Of a stretch of DNA of 64,000 nt, positions 9,185 through 18,520 are shown in pieces. The position numbers were made by a program, and so were the translations under genes. The notes beneath the pieces are model-generated. The model ran no database searches and was not told the DNA's origin. It worked only from the letters and a program-made list of their open reading frames with translations. The DNA lies in NCBI GenBank assembly GCA_043804895.1, contig JAZDIN010000025.1:86762-150761 (forward strand), given 5' to 3'. Within the stretch, counting starts at the first letter, position 1. Each line of letters opens with the position of its first letter. The DNA is from Candidatus Altiarchaeota archaeon (lineage in GTDB: Archaea; Altiarchaeota; Altiarchaeia; IMC4; SCGC-AAA252-I15).

Positions 9185-9775
9185 ATGCCAATGAAACCCA
9201 GAAGGAGGGGGCTCGTTGGCCTGGATACTCTCATACTTTTTATCGCAATCCTACTGGCGGTGTCAGTCGCAGCTTATGCCCTCATATCAACCACCAACAC
9301 GCTTTCAGTGCGCAACCAGAGGGAGGTGGCAGAGAAGTCCAAGAATATACAAAAGCCAATAATAATAGAGTCTGTCAGGGGTTTGGACAATAATGATGAC
9401 AAACGTATGGATGAGTTGGTGTTTTCAATGAGGCTTCAGGAGAGCAGCGAACCAATCAACCTTAACAGCACGATCGTGATCATAAACTCTAGGACCTTAA
9501 ACTGCACCAGCCTCGAATATGAAGACGGCTTATCGGACGGCTGTCACTTCACGATATTTTACGGGAAGCGCGGACGCGACTATAGTTACCCCTATCTGAA
9601 CATTGGCGACCTCGTCGAGATACACTATAATGGTTCAGGCATTCAACCAGGCGTCGACGACTCGCATGCAAGCATGATACTCCTCCCCCCACACGGGTAC
9701 GGGACTAATGTGAAAGTCGATATCCCCTCCAGATTCTACAAAAGGAACACGGTCATATGGCCGCTAAAAGACTGA
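9185..9775 (+). CDS. Archaellin-like protein with class III signal peptide
   Basis: RRRG|LVGLDTLILFIAILLAVSVAAYALI resembles the archaellin N-terminal helix; also EPINLNST and YLNIGDLVEI. Confidence 0.75.
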   Translation: MPMKPRRRGLVGLDTLILFIAILLAVSVAAYALISTTNTLSVRNQREVAEKSKNIQKPIIIESVRGLDNNDDKRMDELVFSMRLQESSEPINLNSTIVIINSRTLNCTSLEYEDGLSDGCHFTIFYGKRGRDYSYPYLNIGDLVEIHYNGSGIQPGVDDSHASMILLPPHGYGTNVKVDIPSRFYKRNTVIWPLKD

Positions 9776-9822
9776 TTTGAGTTTTTTACCTGGTTTCTCA
9801 GAATATATCCTCCTAAAATCAA

Positions 9823-10024
9823 ATACCGCACCCTTAAGGGTGCGGTATGACTTACAATGTGGCCGAGACAAATGTCTCGGACACACACCGGAGGCTAAGA
9901 GCCTCCGATGTGATACGCTCAAAATGCCAAATACTCAAACAAGTAAAGGAGGTGCATATGCAAGAGTGGAATTCGTCGTAATTCCTCTGCGACATAAATG
10001 TTGCAGTATCCTTGCGAGTTTGTA
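9823..10024 (+). mobile_element. Probable IS200/IS605-family left-end relic with a decayed tnpA 5' fragment
   Basis: 26-bp perfect palindrome at 9823-9848, two further hairpins, then SD AAGGAGGTG and ATG at 9958. After a 1-nt shift the frame reads RRNSSAT*MLQYPCEFV, resembling the TnpA start R.xSH.xYxLxYH.xFV. Confidence 0.5.
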
Positions 10025-13000
10025 ATGGTTGTCGAATCTGTGAGTGACTTTGATCCGAAGGCTCTTGAGGAGCGCATACTCGAGTATTGGCGCAAGAACA
10101 AGGTGATGGAGGAGACCCTGAAGCCCCGGAAGGGCGAACTATTCTCCTTCCTTGAGGGCCCTCCGACAGCCAACGCTTCACCAGCGCTACACCACGTGGA
10201 GGTGCGCACATTCAAGGACCTCATCAACCGATTCAACTTCATGCTCGGATGCTCTGTGCCAAGGAAAGCGGGGTGGGACTGCCATGGCCTCCCGGTGGAA
10301 GTGCAGGTTGAAAAGGAACTTAAGCTCAACAGCAAGAAGGAGATAGTGAAGTACGGGGTTGACAGATTCGTTGACATGTGCCGGCAGAGCGTCTTCAGCC
10401 ACATCAAGGAGTGGGATGCGCTCACTGAGAGGATGGCGTACTGGGTCGACTTGGAGAACCCGTATGTCACAATGGACAACGAATACATAGAGAGCGTCTG
10501 GTGGAGCATAAAGAAGCTATGGGACAATAAAATGCTGTACGAGGGCGACCGGGTGGTGCCATTGTGCCCGCGATGCGGCACGCCGTTATCGTCTCACGAG
10601 GTCGCCTTAGGATATCAGACGGTTAAAGAGGAGACAGTCATCGTTTCATTCCGGGCTAAAGGAAGGGATTTCGGCATTCTAGCATGGACTACCACTCCGT
10701 GGACACTACTTAGCAACGTAGCACTAGCAGTCCACCCTGATGTGACATACGTTGTGATAAAATACAACGGCGAAAAGTACGTTCTCGGCAAAGACCTCGC
10801 TGAAAAAAGGTTCCCCGAGGCGGAGATTGTCGGGAAGATGAAAGGCAAAGACCTCGTTGGAGTGGAATATCACCCTCTCTTCAACCACTTCATAGGAAAA
10901 CTGGATAAGCCAGCCTGGAGGGTGATATCAGGCGACTTCGTTACAACCGAAGAGGGTACTGGGATAGTCCATATTGCTCCAGCCTTCGGTGAGGACGACT
11001 ACAACGTTGGTGTCAAAAATGGCATGCCTGTGATAAACCCGGTTGACGTTGAGGGCAAGTTCACATCAGACGTGCCTGAGCTCGCCGGGACCTTCGTCAA
11101 GGACGCTGACCCCAAGATAATAGGATGGCTTGACGAGATGGGCCTCCTGATAGCGCACTACCCATACGAGCACGAGTACCCCTTCTGTTGGAGGTGTAAG
11201 ACGCCGCTACTCTACTATTCGATGAAGTCTTGGTTCATCAAAGTCAGCCAGTGTGTGCCGAAGCTTGTTGAACAGAACAATAAGGTAAAATGGTATCCTG
11301 AAACGATAGGTTCAGGTCGTTTCGGCAACTGGGTTGAGAACGCCAGGGACTGGAGCCTAAGCCGCAACCGATTCTGGGGGACTCCTCTGCCCATATGGCA
11401 ATGCCATTGCGGGCAGGCTAAGGTCATCGGCTCAAGGCAGGAGCTTGAGGAGAACGCAACAACCAAGATGAAGCCTGAAATGGACCTACACAGACCCCAC
11501 GTGGACGAAGTCAAACTACGGTGCAAATGCGGCGGGGAAATGAAAAGAGTAGAATACGTCATAGACTGCTGGTACGACTCCGGCGCTGCAACATTCGCTC
11601 AGTTCCACTACCCCTTCGAAAACAAAGAACTGTTCGAAAAAAGCTTCCCCTACGACTTCATATGCGAGGCCACAGATCAAACGAGAGGTGGGTTCTACAC
11701 GCTTCTTGTCATCTCTGCACTGATTTTCGATAAACCTGCGTATAAGAGCTGCGTCGTAGGCGGCCTCCTACTTGACGACAAGGGGGAGAAGATGAGCAAG
11801 AGCAACAAGAATATTATAGACCCCTGGCAGCTGTTCAACACGTTCGGCGCCGATGCAGTGAGGCTTCAGATGTGCTCAACCGCCCCATGGAACTCCAAGA
11901 GGTTCGGGCAAGACAGCATGAACGAGTCAGTGATACCTATGCTCCGTACACTCTGGAACTGCTACTCGTTCACAGCCCGCTATATGCTCCTTGACGGCTT
12001 CGACCCCAAAGAGAACAAACTGGATGAAAGGTACCTTTCTCTCGAGGACAAGTGGGTGCTAGCAGCAGCAGACTCCATGGTAAGCTCAGTAACAGAATCC
12101 CTCACACTACACGAATACCACCACGCCCTAGCGAGGATTTACAATTTCATAGTCGAGGACCTCTCTCGCTGGTACATCAAGATAATACGGGACAGGCTCT
12201 GGCTAGAGGATAAGGAAGGCAGAATCAACCCATCCAAAAAGGCAGCCTACATGACCTTGACCGCAGTGTTCGAGAAGGTCTGTCTCACAATGGCTCCGCT
12301 TGCGCCTTTCACAAGCGAGGAGATATTCCTGAATCTCGTCAGAAAAGAAGGCAATAGCATACACCACATGAGCTGGCCTAAGCCGAAGAAGCCTGATGAG
12401 AGAATCCTCAGGGAGATGAAGATAGTCCGCGCGATATTCGAGGCAGGCAGCAAATGCCGCCAGGATGCGAAGATAAAGCTGCGCTACCCGATAAGGAAGG
12501 TCACGGTCTCAGGCGACGCCCACATAAAAGGGGCAGTGGAAGAACTTAGTGGGATAATAACAAAGCAGCTCAACTGCAAGGAAGTGGAGTTCGTCTCAAC
12601 CCTCCCTGAAATCAGCTACGCCGCTGTGCCTGACTTCAAAATCATAGGCCCGAAGCTAGGGAAAGACGCAGGCCGTGTAGCGCAGCTGATAAAGTCGAAT
12701 CCGATGGAAGCCAAGAAGATAAAGGAGTCTAAGAAGTCTGGGAAAATAGGCGACACCGAAGTTGAGCCTGAGATGGTTTCTGAGATAAAACTCATAATAT
12801 CAGAGAAGTACGCTGCAGCCAACTTCACCCACGGCCAATCAGCTGGAATAGTCCTCATAGAAACAGCCAGGGACAAAAGCCTCCAGAACGAAGCCCTAGC
12901 AAGGGACCTGATAAGGAACATCCAGGAGTTGAGGAAGAAGAACAACCTAAACGAGCTGCAGAGAATCAAAGTCAAGGTCTCAAAGACCCGGGAAGTGGAA

Positions 13001-13135
13001 GAAATGCTCACAGAATTCAAGGACATCATCCTCAGGGAAGTGAGAGGAGACTCCATAGAACTGTCAAAAGACATAAAATCACCCGAATGCCTGAAATACG
13101 AGGGCGAGACGGTCTGCTACGAGATAGCCTACTAA
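10025..13135 (+). CDS. ileS: Isoleucine--tRNA ligase (type 2, archaeal/eukaryotic-like)
   Basis: EGPPTAN, GWDCHGLPVE, WTTTPWTL, GTGIVHIAPAFG, DWSLSRNRFWGTP and KMSKS. Start set at ATG 10025. Confidence 0.96.
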   Translation: MVVESVSDFDPKALEERILEYWRKNKVMEETLKPRKGELFSFLEGPPTANASPALHHVEVRTFKDLINRFNFMLGCSVPRKAGWDCHGLPVEVQVEKELKLNSKKEIVKYGVDRFVDMCRQSVFSHIKEWDALTERMAYWVDLENPYVTMDNEYIESVWWSIKKLWDNKMLYEGDRVVPLCPRCGTPLSSHEVALGYQTVKEETVIVSFRAKGRDFGILAWTTTPWTLLSNVALAVHPDVTYVVIKYNGEKYVLGKDLAEKRFPEAEIVGKMKGKDLVGVEYHPLFNHFIGKLDKPAWRVISGDFVTTEEGTGIVHIAPAFGEDDYNVGVKNGMPVINPVDVEGKFTSDVPELAGTFVKDADPKIIGWLDEMGLLIAHYPYEHEYPFCWRCKTPLLYYSMKSWFIKVSQCVPKLVEQNNKVKWYPETIGSGRFGNWVENARDWSLSRNRFWGTPLPIWQCHCGQAKVIGSRQELEENATTKMKPEMDLHRPHVDEVKLRCKCGGEMKRVEYVIDCWYDSGAATFAQFHYPFENKELFEKSFPYDFICEATDQTRGGFYTLLVISALIFDKPAYKSCVVGGLLLDDKGEKMSKSNKNIIDPWQLFNTFGADAVRLQMCSTAPWNSKRFGQDSMNESVIPMLRTLWNCYSFTARYMLLDGFDPKENKLDERYLSLEDKWVLAAADSMVSSVTESLTLHEYHHALARIYNFIVEDLSRWYIKIIRDRLWLEDKEGRINPSKKAAYMTLTAVFEKVCLTMAPLAPFTSEEIFLNLVRKEGNSIHHMSWPKPKKPDERILREMKIVRAIFEAGSKCRQDAKIKLRYPIRKVTVSGDAHIKGAVEELSGIITKQLNCKEVEFVSTLPEISYAAVPDFKIIGPKLGKDAGRVAQLIKSNPMEAKKIKESKKSGKIGDTEVEPEMVSEIKLIISEKYAAANFTHGQSAGIVLIETARDKSLQNEALARDLIRNIQELRKKNNLNELQRIKVKVSKTREVEEMLTEFKDIILREVRGDSIELSKDIKSPECLKYEGETVCYEIAY

Positions 13136-13182
13136 GAGACCTTTTTTATACCCTAAATACCTACTATATATTCCGCTTTAAG

Positions 13183-13467
13183 ATGAAAGGTTCCCACGGT
13201 ATCAGACGGAGGACTAGGCAGTTGAGTGTCAAGCCCAGGATGAAGGGGAAGGTCAGCATACGCTCTAGACTCCAGAAGTTCCAGGACGCAGATACCGTTT
13301 CCATACGGATAAACCCGGCATACCAGGCCATACCGCATCCCCGATTCAACGGCCGCACTGGGAAGGTCGTTGGCACACAGGGGAGGGCGTATTTGATTGC
13401 AATCGTTGACGGAACTAAGCCGAAGCGCATTCTGGTGACTCCGGAGCATCTGAGGAGGATGGGGTAA
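13183..13467 (+). CDS. rpl21e: 50S ribosomal protein L21e
   Basis: SHGIRRRTR, PHPRFNGRTG and PEHLR. Confidence 0.95.
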   Translation: MKGSHGIRRRTRQLSVKPRMKGKVSIRSRLQKFQDADTVSIRINPAYQAIPHPRFNGRTGKVVGTQGRAYLIAIVDGTKPKRILVTPEHLRRMG

Positions 13468-13811
13468 TGAACGTCTTAGAAGAGAAGCCGGTCGCTCTCA
13501 CTGATGTTTCCGCGATACTGAAGGAGAAGGATAAGGACTACACCGAGCGTGGCACAGAGTTGACGTACGAGCAGAAGCGTGCGTTCGAGCATGCGCAGAA
13601 GTTCAGCAAGGTCAGCGTCAAGGACGCTCAGGAGATGTCAGCAAAGCTAGCGGAACTTGGCATAACACTGAGCGACGATAGGATAGTCAAGATAATAGAC
13701 CTGATGCCGAAGTCAGTCGATGACATCAGGGCGATTTTCGCAAAGGAGCGCTTCAAATACTCGGAAGAGGAGATCAAGAAGATTACTGACGTAGTTGATC
13801 AGTACCGTTAA
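13467..13811 (+). CDS. rpo4: RNA polymerase subunit F (Rpo4)
   Basis: ELTYEQKRAFEHAQKF...KIIDLMP...IRAIFAKE, in the conserved L21e-RpoF-DUF655 order. Confidence 0.92.
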   Translation: MNVLEEKPVALTDVSAILKEKDKDYTERGTELTYEQKRAFEHAQKFSKVSVKDAQEMSAKLAELGITLSDDRIVKIIDLMPKSVDDIRAIFAKERFKYSEEEIKKITDVVDQYR

Positions 13812-13814
13812 GGG

Positions 13815-14393
13815 GTGGTTCCTGTGAAAAAAGACGACTATGCTCGAGTCCTAGATTACCTACCCAAAGGGAAATCAGACGTGCCGCCGCACAAGAGAAA
13901 GCCATTAGTGCAGGCCATAGGCGACAAATACTTCTCTCTTCTGGAGCTTTCCCCAAGGGAAGGTAAATTGTTCGAGCTTGGGGAGAGGATTTACATAGGT
14001 GATGAGGCGAGGGACAAGGTGGACCACATCGAGCGTAGGATAAAGTACGATTGGCTGACGCCTACTGCGAAGTCCGAGCTGCCGCACGTCCTCAAGGACA
14101 TGGTCATGTCGTCTGAGAAGGAGTTCATGGAGTTCTACAACACCGCCGGCACGATAAGCACCAGACAGCACAAGCTCGAAACCCTACCGAAGATAGGCAG
14201 GAGGCACAGGGAGGACATACTCGCTGAGAGGGAGTTAAAGCCTTTCGAAAGCTTCGACGACATGAGGAAGAGGCTGAGCAACGTTCCGGATCCAGCTAAA
14301 GTCCTGATAGACAAGATAGTCGAGGAGCTGAAGGGAGATTCGAAATACTGTCTGTTCACCACCATCCTTGAGGAGACGCCAAGAAGGCGCTGA
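13815..14393 (+). CDS. DUF655 family putative nucleic-acid-binding protein
   Basis: ARVLDYLP.G, QAIG.KYFSLLEL, H.LE.LP.IG and PFESF, plus synteny. Confidence 0.9.
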   Translation: MVPVKKDDYARVLDYLPKGKSDVPPHKRKPLVQAIGDKYFSLLELSPREGKLFELGERIYIGDEARDKVDHIERRIKYDWLTPTAKSELPHVLKDMVMSSEKEFMEFYNTAGTISTRQHKLETLPKIGRRHREDILAERELKPFESFDDMRKRLSNVPDPAKVLIDKIVEELKGDSKYCLFTTILEETPRRR

Positions 14394-14588
14394 GATTCTT
14401 TAACCCACGCGGATATAGTTGAGGGCATAACTCTTTAGACTCCATATGGTATATATCCGGTTTTGTGCCCTCAAATATATGCGACAGCCTATGGCTGTCG
14501 AATGTGTCTGAGACGTACGTCTCAGCCACATATTCGAGAGCATAGAACCCAAGTCAAGAAGGTTATGCTCTCGACTATAATCCTCACC

Positions 14589-15077
14589 ATGCCACTCCCA
14601 ATCTGCGCAGGTTGCGCCAAAAGTCGATTCTTGTGTAAAGACTGCCAGACCAGACTCGATACCGGTATAGTGAATGTGTTAGATGTTGAGGCGTCACGGG
14701 TCTTCCACGAGCTCTTCGGCATCGAAGGCAATCTCATAAAAGCGGTGGACACTGAAAACCAGGCCATAATACTCGTGAAATCCACAGACGTCGGAAGGGT
14801 CATCGGAAAAGGCGGAGCAAACATCAAGACACTTTCAGAAAGGCTGAAAAGGCATGTCAAAATAGTCGGTGACGGCAGCTTCAAGGAGATGGCTGAGGCG
14901 TTACTCGCTCCGGCCAGGGTGAGGGGCATAAACGAGGTCTTCCAGCCTGACGGGGGCAAGACCATAAGAGTAAGGATTGACTCCAGCGACCGAGACCGGC
15001 TTAGGATGGGATTGGATGACATGCGGAAGCTCATGTCAGCTGCTACGAAAGAGAGGGTGGAGCTGGCATTCGATTAA
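14589..15077 (+). CDS. KH-domain NusA-like protein with an N-terminal Cys4 motif
   Basis: PICAGCAKS..LCKDC, KH motif GRVIGKGG and LLAPARV.GIN. Confidence 0.8.
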   Translation: MPLPICAGCAKSRFLCKDCQTRLDTGIVNVLDVEASRVFHELFGIEGNLIKAVDTENQAIILVKSTDVGRVIGKGGANIKTLSERLKRHVKIVGDGSFKEMAEALLAPARVRGINEVFQPDGGKTIRVRIDSSDRDRLRMGLDDMRKLMSAATKERVELAFD

Positions 15078-15105
15078 AATATGCTTAATCAATATAGTAG
15101 AAGAC

Positions 15106-16404
15106 ATGAGAAGCCACTACTCAGACGAGGTCACGAGGGACCTTGACGGAAAAAACGTAGTCGTCGCAGGCTGGGTTCACGAGGTAAGGGACCTCGGCAA
15201 GCTAAAGTTCATAGTCCTCAGGGACAGGGGCGGGTTCATACAAGTCACAGCCAAGGAAGGAAAGACAGACCACAGCATACTCGAACAGTACAAGACCCTA
15301 AGCAAGGAGTCAGTCATCGAAGTCGAGGGCACTGTGAGAGCAGACCAAAAAGCCCCCCGGGGTGTTGAAGTCAACCCGACAAGGCTCACAGTGATAGCAG
15401 CATCACTCTCCCCGCTTCCCATGGACGTCACAGGCAAGGTTGACGCTGACTTGGACACCAGACTCAACAACCGTTTCATGGACGTGCGAAGACCCCGCAC
15501 CCAGGCGATATTCAAGATAAGAGCTAAGGTTCAGGAGGCGTTCAGGGAATTCTTCCTAAGCCGCGGATTCGTGGAAATAAATCCCCCAAGCATCATCGCA
15601 GCGGCAAGCGAAGGCGGGACGAACCTGTTCCCGATAACATACTTCGAGCGGGAGGCGTTCCTGTGCCAGAGCCCCCAACTCTACAAGCAGATGATGATGG
15701 CCACCGGCCTCGACAAAGTCTTCATCACAGCCCCGGTATTCAGGGCCGAACCCCACAGCACCCCGCGTCACCTGAACGAGATATACCAGATGGACATAGA
15801 GAAGGCGTTCATCAATGACGAGGAGGACGTGATAGTCGAGTTGGAGGGCGCTGTGCACCATATACTCTCCAAAGTAAGTTTTGATTGCACTGGAGAACTA
15901 GCCACACTAGAGCGTGCAATCGAAGTCCCGAAGCTTCCGTTCAAGAGACTCACATACGACGAATGCCTGAAAATGCTCGCAGAAAACGGAGTGAAACTCC
16001 AGTGGGGTGATGACATACCCCCTGAAGGCGAGCGCAAACTCCACGAGCTCTTAAAGGACCCGTTCTTCATCAAAAAGTGGCCGACCAAAATCAGGGCATT
16101 CTACTCACGGCCAACAGACGAGAACCAGAAAATCTGCGGCGCATTCGACCTGGACTACATGGGCATGGAAATGGCATCAGGAGCCCAGCGGATACACGAC
16201 CACCAACAGCTTGTGCAAGCCCTACTAGATCGCGGCCTAGACCCTGAAAACTTCGAATTCTACCTGAAAGCCTTCAGGTACGGGATGCCACCCCACGGCG
16301 GATGGAGCATCGGAGCAGAGAGAATCACACAAGCCATATGCGGCCTACAGAATATCAGGGAATGCGTCCTATACCCAAGAGACAGGAACAGGATAGAACC
16401 ATAA
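15106..16404 (+). CDS. aspS: Aspartate--tRNA ligase, probably non-discriminating (Asp/Asn)
   Basis: AGWVHEVRDLG, QSPQLYKQ, FRAE and YGMPPHGG. His in WVHE and Pro in KAPRG are residues associated with the non-discriminating type, and gatA is present in the window. Confidence 0.95.
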   Translation: MRSHYSDEVTRDLDGKNVVVAGWVHEVRDLGKLKFIVLRDRGGFIQVTAKEGKTDHSILEQYKTLSKESVIEVEGTVRADQKAPRGVEVNPTRLTVIAASLSPLPMDVTGKVDADLDTRLNNRFMDVRRPRTQAIFKIRAKVQEAFREFFLSRGFVEINPPSIIAAASEGGTNLFPITYFEREAFLCQSPQLYKQMMMATGLDKVFITAPVFRAEPHSTPRHLNEIYQMDIEKAFINDEEDVIVELEGAVHHILSKVSFDCTGELATLERAIEVPKLPFKRLTYDECLKMLAENGVKLQWGDDIPPEGERKLHELLKDPFFIKKWPTKIRAFYSRPTDENQKICGAFDLDYMGMEMASGAQRIHDHQQLVQALLDRGLDPENFEFYLKAFRYGMPPHGGWSIGAERITQAICGLQNIRECVLYPRDRNRIEP

Positions 16405-16411
16405 GGCCACT

Positions 16412-17128
16412 ATGGACGGAATGATAGTGTTCTCAGCGATAGTCTTCCTCTCCTCAGCCTTTTCCACGGTCGTTGGCTTCGGAGCCGTCACACTCGGCAT
16501 ACCCCTACTATCCCTCGTCATGGACGTTCGCTCCGCAGTCGCCATCATGACCGTAGCCGCATTATTCCTCCTCCTCTCGAAGGCCTGGATATTCAGGAAG
16601 GAGATAGACTACAAGATAGGAAAACAACTAGCCCTGCCGTCGATACCGGGAGCCATCATCGGCGCATACCTCCTCGGAGTCGTAGACGCCTTCTGGATAA
16701 AAAAAGCACTCGGCCTATTCGTGCTATTATACGTCCTACTATCACTCCGCGGCGCACTGGACAAGGTTCGCATAGGCAGAAAAATGACTGCATTAGCCAG
16801 CTTCATATACGGCCTCTCATCGGGGATAATCGGCAGCGGCGAACTCATCAGCGCACCACTCCTCCTCTCGCTCGGCCTCAGGAGAGGTAGATTCATAGGC
16901 ACGTTCTCTTTCGTCGCCCTGGCTATAATGCCGTTCAAGATAATCCTCTACATGCAAAGCGGCATACTCAACCACTCGCAAACCAGCACCCTACTCATAC
17001 TAACCCTAGCATCAATAGCTGGTGTCCTCGCAGGCCGGAAACTCATAGACTACGTCCAAGCGGAAATGTTCAAAAAAATAGTACTGGCGACGCTGTTCGT
17101 GATATCCCTGATGCTGCTTGCGAACTAG
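16412..17128 (+). CDS. TauE/SafE (TSUP) family membrane transporter
   Basis: About 8 TM helices; GFG...IPLL and SG..G.G....P.L motifs. Confidence 0.85.
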   Translation: MDGMIVFSAIVFLSSAFSTVVGFGAVTLGIPLLSLVMDVRSAVAIMTVAALFLLLSKAWIFRKEIDYKIGKQLALPSIPGAIIGAYLLGVVDAFWIKKALGLFVLLYVLLSLRGALDKVRIGRKMTALASFIYGLSSGIIGSGELISAPLLLSLGLRRGRFIGTFSFVALAIMPFKIILYMQSGILNHSQTSTLLILTLASIAGVLAGRKLIDYVQAEMFKKIVLATLFVISLMLLAN

Positions 17129-18519
17129 GATTTGGCACTACTGACCAACGCATCAACACTAAACATCACACATGCAGCAACACCCAAACCTAATACCCCC
17201 TCAAGGAATCCGAATGTTGGTAATATGTTAGTTCTGAATAGGAATATTGAGGCCTCACCCATTATTATCGAGGTCATGCATGCCCATTTGCTGGTGTTCG
17301 GCCTGTATAGTGCTGCGTAGAATGTTGGGAATAGGACTACGAGGCCTGAGAATGTGGTGTTCACGAGTGTTGCGAATATCCCTTCCTTAGCGTTGAATCC
17401 GAACACTACGAAAACGACGGCGAACAATGTGAGACCAACCGTTATGAGCCTGCTTTTCAACACTTCACCCTTCAACTTAAGGTCTCTTGAAAGCATCGTT
17501 GAGAGGGCGAGGAGTTGTGAGTCTGCGGTGGACATCAAAGCGGCCAATGCCCCTAACATGACGATTGTGTAAACCCAATCCGGAGCATAGGTTCTGACCA
17601 TCTCAGGCAGTATGGAGTCTGCGCTGGCGACCTTAAGGTCTGTAGCATTAGCCCATACGCCAATCAAAACCGGAACAAGGAATAGGAACGAAACCACAAA
17701 CGGGTAGAGTATCATGGACGTCTTCAGAGATTTCTCAGTCTTGGCTGTGTAGAATCTCGTGAACAGGTGAGGGAACATGGGGTCTACGAACATCCAAAGT
17801 AGCATGAACGAAAGCCAAAGCTGCGGCGTGAAATAATCCATCCCACCTGGGCGGTCGAAGAGTTCAGGCTTAGAGTGGAACGCATTCACCCCAGCGTTCT
17901 CGAAACCCCCTAAGCCTGCTGAGACGAAGTACACAGCCAACGCCATCGCCGAGAGCATGAAGACGCCTTGTATGACGTCAGTCCAGATGCTTCCGCGCAT
18001 ACCACCTGAAAGAATGTATGCCATGATAATCAACATCACGAGGCAGGCTCCGGTTGTCACATCAAATCCGACCGCACTGTTTAGTATAATCCCTGCTCCA
18101 ATAGCCTGCACTCCCAAATAAGGCAGGGTGTAAACCACCATCACAAAAAGGACGAGCAATCCCAATGCCCTGCTTTTGAAGGTCTTCTCAATCAACTCAG
18201 AGGGGGTTACGAAACCATGTTCCTTGCCAAGCTGCCACACCCGCCTTCCGATGACATAGAACATCACAGGCATCAAAGCCGTGCCGACTCCCATAATCCC
18301 ATACTGGCCGAAGCCGTACTTGTACGCCGCCCCCGCGAACCCGAGGAAGAAGAAGGCCGAGAAGTTAGTCGCAGCCAGGCTGATGAACATGAGTATTGGG
18401 GTGACGTTTCTGCTTGCCAGGAAATAGTCTTCGCTCGTGCCTTTCGTAATCCTGCCTGCGACGTAGCCTGCTGTAAGAAGCAGCAGGAAGTAGCCTATGA
18501 CAAGAACATACATTGGCAC
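17125..18519 (-). CDS. Sodium:solute symporter (SSS family)
   Basis: DYFLASR, SAFFFLG..G.AY..G, GGMRG..WTDVIQG and AALMSTADSQL. Confidence 0.93.
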   Translation of the reverse strand: MPMYVLVIGYFLLLLTAGYVAGRITKGTSEDYFLASRNVTPILMFISLAATNFSAFFFLGFAGAAYKYGFGQYGIMGVGTALMPVMFYVIGRRVWQLGKEHGFVTPSELIEKTFKSRALGLLVLFVMVVYTLPYLGVQAIGAGIILNSAVGFDVTTGACLVMLIIMAYILSGGMRGSIWTDVIQGVFMLSAMALAVYFVSAGLGGFENAGVNAFHSKPELFDRPGGMDYFTPQLWLSFMLLWMFVDPMFPHLFTRFYTAKTEKSLKTSMILYPFVVSFLFLVPVLIGVWANATDLKVASADSILPEMVRTYAPDWVYTIVMLGALAALMSTADSQLLALSTMLSRDLKLKGEVLKSRLITVGLTLFAVVFVVFGFNAKEGIFATLVNTTFSGLVVLFPTFYAALYRPNTSKWACMTSIIMGEASIFLFRTNILPTFGFLEGVLGLGVAACVMFSVDALVSSAKS

Positions 18520-18520
18520 C

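Noticed and set aside
9998-10024. MLQYPCEFV as the true N-terminus of IleRS
   Set aside because: It fits the decayed TnpA-like fragment better; ATG 10025 gives a normal IleRS start. Not formally excluded.
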